From an uncultured bacterium (GTDB lineage: Bacteria; Patescibacteriota; Minisyncoccia; Phycocordibacterales; UBA9973), in contig CALBMC010000066.1 of the NCBI GenBank assembly GCA_937895685.1, positions 1 through 35,549 of the forward strand: DNA of 35,549 nt, written 5' to 3'. Numbering within the stretch: the stretch's first letter is position 1; the number at the start of each line of letters is the position of its first letter. This document shows, piece after piece, positions 9,417 to 17,326 of the stretch. The notes below the pieces were generated by a model that saw only the letters and a list, made by a program, of their open reading frames with translations, had not been told where the DNA came from and made no database searches. Made by a program: the position numbers and the translations under genes.

Positions 9417-9419
9417 AGA

Positions 9420-10139
9420 TTAAAGGCCTGCTATTGAGTAAAAGGACCAGCGCTTCTTTCCTTGTCTTTGAATTTTACCTTCTGAAACAAGCTTATTTAG
9501 CTCTCTTTGAATTGTCTTATCTGACACTCCTGGGAAGTAATCAACAATGTCTTTTGTTGCTACTTTGCCTTGTTTTTTTATAAGGGACAAAACTCGGTCA
9601 CTTCTTCCACTTTTTTCTGGCAGATTGAAAGACTTTGTTTTAACTTTTTCCACTGATTCACTAGAGTTCTTTAAATTAACATTTTGAGTTTTTTCAACAA
9701 TCTTTTGATCCTCTTTTGAGAAAGAAAATTCTTCTTTTGAAAAAGAGTTGTTTAGTATAGTTGAAATAGCATTGTTGATAACTTCAAAGTTGTTTTTTGA
9801 CATAAAACCAGAGATGCTTAGAACTCTCAAAAACGAAGAAATTTTACTCAAATCTGAAACCAAAATTTCTGAAAGACGAGAAGTCATATTTGCCTCACCG
9901 ACAACTATATTTGTGTCGTTTACTGTCTTTAAACAATTTAAACAAACTTCCCTAACTGAGAGTTTTATTGGGTCAATGTCGTTTATGTGATTTGTGGCAA
10001 GATACACAACCGCTGAGAGTCTTTCTATCTTGTCCCTTATAGAATCGTTAGCCTTATCAACCCTATAAATAGAAACTATCGGGAAAGTGCCTGTGCTACT
10101 TTTTGCTTCCAATTCGTTGTTGTCTTTTATGTTGTCCAT
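9420..10139 (-). CDS. DNA-binding protein with a C-terminal DeoR-type winged helix-turn-helix; N-terminal domain of unknown function
   Basis: The C-terminus RVLSLIKKQGKVATKDIVDYFPGVSDKTIQRELNKLVSEGKIQRQGKKRWSFY matches a wHTH pattern. I do not recognise the N-terminal 170 aa. Confidence 0.7.
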   Translation of the reverse strand: MDNIKDNNELEAKSSTGTFPIVSIYRVDKANDSIRDKIERLSAVVYLATNHINDIDPIKLSVREVCLNCLKTVNDTNIVVGEANMTSRLSEILVSDLSKISSFLRVLSISGFMSKNNFEVINNAISTILNNSFSKEEFSFSKEDQKIVEKTQNVNLKNSSESVEKVKTKSFNLPEKSGRSDRVLSLIKKQGKVATKDIVDYFPGVSDKTIQRELNKLVSEGKIQRQGKKRWSFYSIAGL

Positions 10140-10251
10140 TAGATTTTTGTGTCTTTTTATTAAAAGATTCTGGTATTCGTGTGTCGATTATAGTCCTTGT
10201 TTGTCTTAATGCAAGAATCCATTTTTATCTTATTTTTAAAGAATATTTTTG

Positions 10252-10260
10252 TGATACAAT
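10252..10260 (+). promoter_or_regulatory. extended -10 box (TGaTACAAT) placed 9 nt before the ftsK start codon
   Basis: The sequence reads gTGaTACAATtatctaaatATG, with no SD and a predicted leader of 0-3 nt. Confidence 0.4.
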
Positions 10261-10269
10261 TATCTAAAT

Positions 10270-12450
10270 ATGGCAAAAAATAAACCTTCTGAAAAAAAGT
10301 CCACGGAACCAAAAACAACAAGAAAAACTAAAAATGAAGACTCCGGAAGTAACCACAAAAATTCAGTTGTGGGGATAATTCTTTTGGCGATATCATTAAT
10401 ATTTTTGATGTCTTCAGTTGGCTTTGCCGGACCAGCTGGAGCAAAGATTTTTTCAGTTGGAAAGATTCTATTTGGATATGGATACTACCTAATAATTATT
10501 TTCTTGGCTTGGTTTTCTCTTCACTTAATACGCAATAAAGATCTAGGTCAAATATCAAAAATGAAATGGCTTGGGCTAGTTGGAATGCTTGTCTCTTCTC
10601 ATGGACTATTAGAGATAATATTAAATGGCCACGGTGGTGGATGGCTTGGACTGGTTCTTGGTTATCCATTCTCTGCCCTATTTGATGTCTATGCTTCTTC
10701 TATCTTGCTTTTTGCAATCCTTGCAGCTAGTGCAGTTATTGCTTTCGAAAAGGGTGTTGATGCTGATGAGATAATAAATCTAAAAGGCCTTTTCTCTGGT
10801 TTGTTTAAAAAGAACAAAAAAATTGAAGATGACTCCTCATTTATAGAAGAACCTGAAGATGACAGCCCTTCATTAATACCTGAACCAGAGCCAGCCCCTG
10901 AAATAGAAGAGAAGAAACCTAAAGAAAAGAAAAAAGAAGAAGATGAATTTATTCCAGAAAGACAAAAATTCAAAGCAAGTGGGGCCTATGTTCCACCACC
11001 TATTTCCCTACTCGAGGAAGACAAAGGAAAAGCAAACGTTGGAGACATCAAAGCGAACGCAAATATAATCAGAAGAACTCTAGCAAACTTCGGAATCCAA
11101 GTAGAAATGGACGAAATAACAACTGGACCTACTGTCACTCGATATGCCCTAAGACCAGCTGAGGGAGTAAAACTATCTCGTATTGTTGCCCTTCAAAGCG
11201 ACCTTGGACTTGCTCTCGCGGCTCACCCAATCAGAATAGAGGCTCCAATTCCTGGTAAATCTCTAGTTGGTATTGAAGTTCCAAACAGAGTTAAATCAAT
11301 GGTTGGACTTGCAAACCTTCTCCGAGACAGTCAATTCTCTAGCGCACCGAAACCTTTAACTGTTGCTCTTGGAAAAGGAATTTCTGGTATTGGTAAATTC
11401 GCAAATATTGCCAAGATGCCACACGCCCTAATTGCCGGAGCGACAGGAAGCGGAAAATCTGTAACTATCCACGCCCTAATCACTTCCCTTCTATATAGAA
11501 ATGGACCTGAGGATCTAAGATTTATATTCGTAGACCCAAAAAGAGTGGAATTAACTCTCTATAATAAAATTCCTCACCTACTAACTCCTGTTATTACTGA
11601 TCCAAAGAAAGCAATTCTTGCTCTAAAATGGGCAGCCAAAGAGATGGAACGCAGATATAACCTTCTAGAAGAAAACTCCGTCCGAGATATAGAATCGTAT
11701 CAAAAGAATATATACGAGAAATACAAGGGAGATGAAGAAACCGCTCCAGAAAAGCTTCCTTATATTGTTGTTGTAATTGATGAGCTTGCGGATATTATGC
11801 AATCTTACCCGAGAGAACTTGAGGCGGGTATCGTTCGTCTAGCTCAAATGTCTCGAGCGGTTGGAATTCACTTAATCCTTTCAACACAAAGACCGAGCGT
11901 AAATGTTATCACCGGACTAATTAAAGCAAACATTCCTTCACGTATTGCTCTACAAGTTTCTTCTCAAATAGACTCTAGAACAATCCTTGATCAAGGAGGA
12001 GCAGAAAAACTTCTTGGGGCTGGAGACATGCTCTATCTAGGAGGAGAAATGGCAACACCAGAGAGAATTCAAAGTGCTTTCATATCTGAAACAGAAGTTA
12101 AAAACATTGTTAAATTTATCTATGAAAATAATGAGCCAGCTGTTCCTGGAGGAGAAATAGAGCTAGCTGGAAACGTCTCAGCCGAAAAAACAATCTTCGA
12201 TTCTATGATTGGAGGTGATGATGACGATGATGAATTATATGAAGAAGCTAGAGAAATAGTAATTGAAGCAAAGAAAGCCTCAACTTCCTTCCTTCAAAGA
12301 AAGCTTAAAGTTGGATATGCGAGAGCGGCTAGACTTGTGGATATGCTTGAAGAAAGAGGTGTGGTGGGTCCAGGAGAAGGATCTAAGCCAAGAGAAGTTC
12401 TAGAGTCCGTTCCTGATAATTCTCCTCTGCAAGAAGATAAGAATATATGA
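10270..12450 (+). CDS. ftsK: DNA translocase FtsK/SpoIIIE
   Basis: It has N-terminal TM helices, an acidic/Pro linker, Walker A GATGSGKS, Walker B VVVIDELAD, and the gamma wHTH domain TSFLQRKLKVGYARAARLVDMLEERGVV. Confidence 0.95.
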   Translation: MAKNKPSEKKSTEPKTTRKTKNEDSGSNHKNSVVGIILLAISLIFLMSSVGFAGPAGAKIFSVGKILFGYGYYLIIIFLAWFSLHLIRNKDLGQISKMKWLGLVGMLVSSHGLLEIILNGHGGGWLGLVLGYPFSALFDVYASSILLFAILAASAVIAFEKGVDADEIINLKGLFSGLFKKNKKIEDDSSFIEEPEDDSPSLIPEPEPAPEIEEKKPKEKKKEEDEFIPERQKFKASGAYVPPPISLLEEDKGKANVGDIKANANIIRRTLANFGIQVEMDEITTGPTVTRYALRPAEGVKLSRIVALQSDLGLALAAHPIRIEAPIPGKSLVGIEVPNRVKSMVGLANLLRDSQFSSAPKPLTVALGKGISGIGKFANIAKMPHALIAGATGSGKSVTIHALITSLLYRNGPEDLRFIFVDPKRVELTLYNKIPHLLTPVITDPKKAILALKWAAKEMERRYNLLEENSVRDIESYQKNIYEKYKGDEETAPEKLPYIVVVIDELADIMQSYPRELEAGIVRLAQMSRAVGIHLILSTQRPSVNVITGLIKANIPSRIALQVSSQIDSRTILDQGGAEKLLGAGDMLYLGGEMATPERIQSAFISETEVKNIVKFIYENNEPAVPGGEIELAGNVSAEKTIFDSMIGGDDDDDELYEEAREIVIEAKKASTSFLQRKLKVGYARAARLVDMLEERGVVGPGEGSKPREVLESVPDNSPLQEDKNI

Positions 12451-12803
12451 GTACTGAAAGCAAAAAATTTAGAAGAAGTATAACTTTCGGCTTTGTCTTT
12501 ATCGTTGCCCTATTCGTATACAGTAGAGCTCACGATGCCATCTCTGGAGCAAGACTGGTAGTAAAAAACCTAGAAGAATACACAGAAACAACTGAGCCTT
12601 TCGTCTCTATAGACGGATATATGAAAAGGTCTGCTGAAATAAGGATAAACGGAGTCTCTATACCAACAGACCAAAGCGGAAACTTCAACTATCCCCTTGC
12701 CCTCGGAACAGGTTATAATAGTATCGAGGTCAAAGGATTGGATTCTTTTGGTCGAACAAAAGTAGAAAATTTTAATATACAAGTGTTAAACAAGAATAAT
12801 TAA
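12447..12803 (+). CDS. small membrane-anchored hypothetical protein (one N-terminal TM plus a beta-rich ectodomain)
   Basis: Its ATG overlaps the ftsK TGA (ATGA at 12447-12450), and its stop lies 1 nt before the recA ATG. The TM segment is [14 protein letters not shown]. Confidence 0.6.
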   Translation: MSTESKKFRRSITFGFVFIVALFVYSRAHDAISGARLVVKNLEEYTETTEPFVSIDGYMKRSAEIRINGVSIPTDQSGNFNYPLALGTGYNSIEVKGLDSFGRTKVENFNIQVLNKNN

Positions 12804-12804
12804 T

Positions 12805-13857
12805 ATGGCAACAAAAAAGAAAGAAAAAGAACCAAAAGGAACAGAGTCTTCCCTATCAGACACACTGAAAGCAATCCAAACAAAATTTGGTGAAGGCTCA
12901 ATAATGATGCTTGGAGCTTCTCCAAAGGTAAACATAAACGTAATACCAACAGGAAGTCTTGGTCTTGATATGGCACTTGGAGTTGGCGGAGTACCAAGAG
13001 GAAGAATAATAGAAATATTTGGACCAGAATCTTCTGGAAAAACAACTCTCGCTCTACACATAGTAGCTGAAGCTCAAAAGACTGGAGGAGTTTGTGCTTA
13101 CATAGACGCAGAGCACGCAATGGATCCGGATTATGCTGGAAAACTTGGAGTAAAAATAAACGACCTTCTTATTTCTCAACCAGACACAGGAGAACAAGGA
13201 CTAGAAATCTGTGAATCATTAGTTAGAAGTGGAAAAATTGACGTTATTGTTATTGACTCTGTTGCTGCCCTTACACCAAAAGATGAAATAGAAGGAGATA
13301 TGGGAGCTCACCACGTTGGAAAACAAGCTCGTCTAATGTCTCAAGCTCTAAGAAAACTAACAGCAATAGTGGCACGAAGCAAAACTGTAGTTATCTTTAT
13401 TAACCAAATAAGAATGCAGATTGGAGTAATGTTTGGTAACCCAGAAACAACTCCGGGAGGAAAGGCTTTGAAATTCTACACATCTGTTCGTCTTGATATC
13501 AGAAGAATTGCTCAAATAAAGAAAGGTGAAGAAATTGTTGGAAGCAGAACAAGAGTTAAGGTAGTGAAAAACAAAGTAGCCGCTCCTTTCAAACAAACAG
13601 AATTCGATATAATTTATGGTGAAGGAATCTCTAGAGAAGGAGAAATAATCGCTCTTGGAGAAAAACTTGGAATCGTATCAAAAAGTGGAGGATCTTCTTA
13701 TTCTTATACACCAAAAGATGGAGAAGAGATTAAAATGGGACGAGGATATGACGCAACTAGAACTTTCTTGAAAGAAAACAAAAAGATTTCTGATACCCTT
13801 CTAAAAGAAATAAGAAAAAGATTTGGAGAAATTCAAGTTTCAAGCGCCGCAGAATAA
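12805..13857 (+). CDS. recA: recombinase RecA
   Basis: Matches include [29 protein letters not shown] (Walker A), [10 protein letters not shown] and [20 protein letters not shown]. Confidence 0.97.
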   Translation: MATKKKEKEPKGTESSLSDTLKAIQTKFGEGSIMMLGASPKVNINVIPTGSLGLDMALGVGGVPRGRIIEIFGPESSGKTTLALHIVAEAQKTGGVCAYIDAEHAMDPDYAGKLGVKINDLLISQPDTGEQGLEICESLVRSGKIDVIVIDSVAALTPKDEIEGDMGAHHVGKQARLMSQALRKLTAIVARSKTVVIFINQIRMQIGVMFGNPETTPGGKALKFYTSVRLDIRRIAQIKKGEEIVGSRTRVKVVKNKVAAPFKQTEFDIIYGEGISREGEIIALGEKLGIVSKSGGSSYSYTPKDGEEIKMGRGYDATRTFLKENKKISDTLLKEIRKRFGEIQVSSAAE

Positions 13858-13861
13858 AGAT

Positions 13862-13897
13862 CTAAAAAAAAAACCGATCATCTACTAATCGGTTTCG
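13862..13897. terminator. shared convergent terminator hairpin (recA / 164-aa membrane protein gene)
   Basis: The 8-bp stem AAACCGAT/ATCGGTTT (13871-13878 / 13888-13895) is preceded by an A10 run, which gives a U-tract on the minus strand. The minus-gene stop codon sits in the loop. Confidence 0.6.
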
Positions 13898-14379
13898 ATA
13901 AAAACGCTATCTAATGGCGTTTTTGTTTTATCTTCTTTTTTAACTGGCATTAATAAGAATTTGAAAAAAATCATTGCAATGTTGCTAATGGAAAAAGAAA
14001 TGAAAAATATCCACAACCAGAACCCCTCCCCCATATCATGAGATGTTATTCCAGCAATTGCCTGATTCAACTCTACCAATGCCATCATATTTGATAATAT
14101 CGCCAGAAAATAAAAAGGTTTAAATATGCATCTTGGCAAAACTATTCTCTCAACTACTTCAACAAGAGTTTTTTCATTTTTAGTGTGAAAAAGTAAAAAG
14201 CCGGTTGTTGCGAAATTAAATAAAAAAGTTAACGCAAAATACATCATCGAACTTGCCTCTATGATAAACATCTGGGCTGTACTGAAAAACAGATATCCCT
14301 GAAAAGCCAAGAAGCACGCTCCGCATACCAAAACAATCCCAATAATGAAATTGTCTACTCTGGTGTTATTTTTTTTCAT
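13885..14379 (-). CDS. hypothetical integral membrane protein (about 4 TM)
   Basis: The ORF has hydrophobic segments throughout and its own terminator. I recognise no family. Confidence 0.55.
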   Translation of the reverse strand: MKKNNTRVDNFIIGIVLVCGACFLAFQGYLFFSTAQMFIIEASSMMYFALTFLFNFATTGFLLFHTKNEKTLVEVVERIVLPRCIFKPFYFLAILSNMMALVELNQAIAGITSHDMGEGFWLWIFFISFSISNIAMIFFKFLLMPVKKEDKTKTPLDSVFIETD

Positions 14380-14429
14380 AGATCAGATTTTGCATAACTA
14401 TACACCCTCTTTTTGCTTTTGTAAAAAGC

Positions 14430-14457
14430 TTGAAAAAAGTCCCAAAATGGCTATACT
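14430..14457 (+). promoter_or_regulatory. candidate promoter TTGAAA, 16-nt spacer, TATACT upstream of efp
   Basis: TTGAAA lies at 14430-14435 and TATACT at 14452-14457, followed by a GC-rich leader of about 77 nt. Confidence 0.45.
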
Positions 14458-14540
14458 AAAAGCAATTGCCCGGCCTTGAGAAGCCTCGGCGGAGCATGGG
14501 GGTTTCCCCTATTTTTTATTCCATAATCAGACCTATATTT

Positions 14541-15128
14541 ATGTCAATGCTAGAATACAACGAAATTCGTGAAGGAAAAGTAATAATCCACGAGGATGAG
14601 CCTTGGGTTGTTATTTCTTCTCACGTTTTCCGAAAACAACAAAGAAAACCTGTTAATGCTACAAAATTAAAAAACCTTCTATCTGGAAGAATGGTAGAAA
14701 TGAGCTTCCAAGCAACTGACAAAGTTGACCAAGCTGACTTAGAAAAAAGATCTGTTAAATTCTTATATTCAGCAAAAGGAGAATGTTGGTTTTCTGAGAT
14801 AAAAGATTCTTCAAAAAGATTCTCTCTAAAAGACGAAGTGGTTGGAGACAAAAAGAAATTTATGAAAGAAAACACTGAGGCTGAATTCGTAACATTTGAA
14901 AACGAAGACGGAGAAGAAGTGATTGTCAGCGTAGACATTCCGGTAAAGGTTGATCTAAAAGTTGTCGAAGCTCCACCAAGCGTTAAGGGAAACACAGCTC
15001 AAGGAGGAAACAAGATTGTAAAACTTGAAACTGGAGCAATGGTAAACGTTCCCCTCTTCATTCAAGAGGGAGAGACAATCCGAGTGAATACAGAAACTGG
15101 AGAATATTACGAAAGAGTTCAGAAATAA
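14541..15128 (+). CDS. efp: translation elongation factor P
   Basis: The C-terminus VKGNTAQGGNKIVKLETGAMVNVPLFIQEGETIRVNTETGEYYERV is classic EF-P. I moved the start from the track's TTG at 14466 to the ATG at 14541 (ATG 14547 is also possible), giving a protein of about 195 aa. Confidence 0.9.
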   Translation: MSMLEYNEIREGKVIIHEDEPWVVISSHVFRKQQRKPVNATKLKNLLSGRMVEMSFQATDKVDQADLEKRSVKFLYSAKGECWFSEIKDSSKRFSLKDEVVGDKKKFMKENTEAEFVTFENEDGEEVIVSVDIPVKVDLKVVEAPPSVKGNTAQGGNKIVKLETGAMVNVPLFIQEGETIRVNTETGEYYERVQK

Positions 15129-15140
15129 ATTATAAATCAA

Positions 15141-15167
15141 AACACCCACCGAATTGGTGGGTGTTTT
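15141..15167. terminator. bidirectional rho-independent terminator between efp and rpsR
   Basis: A perfect 10-bp stem AACACCCACC/GGTGGGTGTT with a 5-nt loop has T-runs on both strands. Confidence 0.8.
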
Positions 15168-15180
15168 GTAAACAACATTA

Positions 15181-15381
15181 TTATCTTGCGATATAAGGCA
15201 ATAGTGCCATAAATCTCGCTCGCTTTACAGCTAGAGCTAGGTTTCGTTGATTTTTTGCAGTAAGTCCAGTCTTCCCTCTTGGCATTATTTTACCACTTGG
15301 GTTCAAGAACTTTTTCAAAATATCAACATCTTTATAGTCTATATACTTTATGTTGTTTGAAGAGAAAAAATCCTGCTTCAT
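15181..15381 (-). CDS. rpsR: 30S ribosomal protein S18
   Basis: The match is [51 protein letters not shown]. Confidence 0.93.
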   Translation of the reverse strand: MKQDFFSSNNIKYIDYKDVDILKKFLNPSGKIMPRGKTGLTAKNQRNLALAVKRARFMALLPYIAR

Positions 15382-15410
15382 AATAATTAGATTAGATTGT
15401 TAAATTTTGA

Positions 15411-15869
15411 TTAAAATGGAATATCTTCCAAGTTTGCCTCATCATCTGGATAATCGATTGTTTCGATTCCTCCATCATCTTGAGGGCCATCGGCTTTTCC
15501 AGAATCTTTGTCTGGAGCACGATAGACATTTGTTGAAGGTCCCGCTTTTGGACCAAATTGCATTCTTTCTGCAACTATTTCTGTTCGATAATTCTTCTTT
15601 CCGTCTGTTCCATCCCAGCTTCTTGTTTGAAGGCGTCCTTCAATAAAAACTGAGCTACCTTTTTTCAAATACTGAGCTGCTAGCTCTGCTGTTCTGTTGA
15701 ACAAAACAACATTGTGAAAATCTGGTTGTTCTTGCTTTCTACCATCTTTGTCTTTCCAGACACGATTTGTAGCAAGAGACATAGAACAAACTTTTGATCC
15801 AGAAGGAAGGGCTTTTAATTCTGGGTCACGGGTAACGTTTCCAAAAACAAAAACTTTATTTAAATACAT
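15411..15869 (-). CDS. ssb: single-stranded DNA-binding protein
   Basis: The OB-fold N-terminus reads MYLNKVFVFGNVTRDPELK, followed by a Gly/Pro-rich linker and the acidic tail ending DIPF. It sits between rpsF and rpsR. Confidence 0.93.
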   Translation of the reverse strand: MYLNKVFVFGNVTRDPELKALPSGSKVCSMSLATNRVWKDKDGRKQEQPDFHNVVLFNRTAELAAQYLKKGSSVFIEGRLQTRSWDGTDGKKNYRTEIVAERMQFGPKAGPSTNVYRAPDKDSGKADGPQDDGGIETIDYPDDEANLEDIPF

Positions 15870-15918
15870 AATTTTATTTAGTTGTTAACTATTAATTAAT
15901 CCGGGCTTCCGCTCTAAA

Positions 15919-16416
15919 TTAATCCTTAATTACTTCTTCTGTTTCTTCTACAGTTTCTGTAGCAGAATCATCTCCAACAAGTGCTTCTATTTGCTTATCA
16001 ATTTCTTCTTGAGACAATTGAGGAACATCTTTTTCCTTTGAGGAATCTCTTTTTCCTTTTGAAGAAAACTTCTTTCCTGCAACTGTGTTCTCAGCAACTG
16101 TTTTAACTAGAAGATATCTAATTATTTTTGAATCAGCAGAAGCGTATTCATCTATTTCTAGAACAGCTTCTGGGCTCATTTCAAATTTTAACCAACCGAA
16201 AAAAGATCGATCAAATCTCTCTTTTTTGTTTTCAATATCCTTGATTACTGTGTATTCAAGACGACATTCTGTTGGGAATTCTTCTTGTATGAATGTTGCT
16301 CCTTTCTCTGTGATTTTATCTTTCAGAGAAAACACAACAGCTCCCAGTTCCCCTTCTGAAATAGTTGGGACAACGTGGTATCCAAGTTCGTAAACTTGTG
16401 TTTTTTCTTTATCCAT
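15919..16416 (-). CDS. rpsF: 30S ribosomal protein S6 with an extended acidic/lysine-rich C-terminal tail
   Basis: It has an S6-like core (YELGYHVVP...FFGWLKFEMSPEAVLEIDEYASADSKIIRYLLVK) and the conserved rpsF-ssb-rpsR context. Confidence 0.85.
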   Translation of the reverse strand: MDKEKTQVYELGYHVVPTISEGELGAVVFSLKDKITEKGATFIQEEFPTECRLEYTVIKDIENKKERFDRSFFGWLKFEMSPEAVLEIDEYASADSKIIRYLLVKTVAENTVAGKKFSSKGKRDSSKEKDVPQLSQEEIDKQIEALVGDDSATETVEETEEVIKD

Positions 16417-16441
16417 TTATTTTTAAAAATTTTGACTAAAA

Positions 16442-16490
16442 TCCCGCTTCGGACCAAGGCGGTCTGGTTTCAGGACCAGACCGAACGGGA
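16442..16490 (-). terminator. long GC-rich imperfect hairpin plus U4: the tatD terminator and/or the 5'-leader structure of the rpsF operon
   Basis: Inner 9-bp stem CGGTCTGGT/ACCAGACCG, with outer TCCCG/CGGGA and CTTCGG/CCGAA pairings. On the minus strand it is followed by TTTTAG, 25 nt before the rpsF ATG. Confidence 0.5.
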
Positions 16491-16497
16491 CTCGAAT

Positions 16498-16526
16498 AAT
16501 CTAACAGAATTAGCCCTTTATGTCAA
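16498..16526 (-). promoter_or_regulatory. candidate rpsF-operon promoter (TTGACA, 17-nt spacer, TAGATT) overlapping the tatD stop codon
   Basis: The minus strand reads tttTTGACAtaaagggctaattctgtTAGATTattcgag. The predicted TSS falls at the base of the 16442-16490 hairpin. Confidence 0.4.
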
Positions 16527-17277
16527 AAAACCGTCTAGCATTCTCTAATAAGGCAACCCGAACTTCTTCCTCTTCCAAACCCTTTATCCTAGCAATTGCC
16601 TTATAAACCTCCTCTACCATCCAAGGTTCGCAAGTTTTGCCTCTATGAGGCACTGGGGCGGCATAAGGAGCATCTGTTTCGGCCATTATTGACTCTAGGG
16701 GCAAAAATCTTATCACCTCGTCATAGTCACCCGAGAAGGTTATTGGTCCATCGAAACTCATTGTGTGACCTCTTGCGAGTGCTCTCTTTGCAATATCTAC
16801 ATTGCCAACGAAAAAATGAAAATTTGCCTTTACACCAGAATCTTCCAAAATATTCAAAACTTCTTCGTATGTATCCATACTTCCCTTGCTTGGACGTGCA
16901 TGAATCATAAGAGGCTTCCCTACTTTAATAGCGAGCTCAATATGCTTTTTGAAAATTTCCTTCTGGCGAATTTTTGACTCCTCACTTTCATTTCGAAAAT
17001 AATCCAAACCTGTTTCTCCTATCGCAACAACTTTTGGATTTTTCGCGAGCTCTTCCAGCTCTTCGTTCCATTCTTCTTCATGATTCGGATGTATCCCAAC
17101 TGTCGCATATAGAAAATCATTTTCCTCCGCAAGACGAACAGCTTCGCGACTTGTTGCGAGTTCTGTTCCAACTGTGATTGTCGCAACTCCACGCTCTTTC
17201 ATTCGTTCTATTACTTCATTTTGGTTTTCCAAAAGCGGTGAGAGATTTAGATGTGAATGTATGTCGATATATTTCAT
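16510..17277 (-). CDS. tatD: TatD-family metal-dependent hydrolase/DNase
   Basis: Matches include MKYIDIHSHLN, AIGETGLDY, LMIHAR and ETDAPY. Confidence 0.9.
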   Translation of the reverse strand: MKYIDIHSHLNLSPLLENQNEVIERMKERGVATITVGTELATSREAVRLAEENDFLYATVGIHPNHEEEWNEELEELAKNPKVVAIGETGLDYFRNESEESKIRQKEIFKKHIELAIKVGKPLMIHARPSKGSMDTYEEVLNILEDSGVKANFHFFVGNVDIAKRALARGHTMSFDGPITFSGDYDEVIRFLPLESIMAETDAPYAAPVPHRGKTCEPWMVEEVYKAIARIKGLEEEEVRVALLENARRFFDIKG

Positions 17278-17326
17278 AAGTTTATAGATTTTAGTTTAAT
17301 GGTTTAGGAAAAATAAGGCAAATAAA

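Noticed and set aside
8761-9419. Whether the long intergenic region hides a tmRNA, RNase P RNA, SRP RNA or tRNA.
   Set aside because: I checked by eye for GGAAAGUCCGG with a P4 partner (RNase P), a tRNA-like GGUUCGAAUCC T-arm with CCA end, and the SRP GGAA/AGCA motifs. The only resemblances were weak (GUAGUUCCGGAAAA; UUUGUCGACAGGG versus the tmRNA 5' UUCGACGGG), with no matching partner strands. The region is kept as an unexplained structured region, not called as any of these RNAs.
12786-13120. Minus-strand ORFs (91 and 106 aa) overlapping the 5' part of recA, plus similar antisense ORFs inside ftsK, tatD, glyQS, ileS and argS.
   Set aside because: Each lies entirely within a strongly recognisable housekeeping CDS on the other strand. 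The translations are low complexity and have no features of their own.
14466-14540. The N-terminal extension of efp from the TTG at 14466, as given in the ORF track.
   Set aside because: The extra 25 residues (MPGLEKPRRSMGVSPIFYSIIRPIF) overlap the GC-rich leader hairpins and the U-run, and they have no counterpart in EF-P. The ATG at 14541 gives a normal EF-P of about 195 aa.
15392-15646. Short ORFs (60 and 79 aa) overlapping the 3' half of ssb.
   Set aside because: They overlap a clear SSB coding frame with the canonical acidic DIPF tail, and no independent signals support them.
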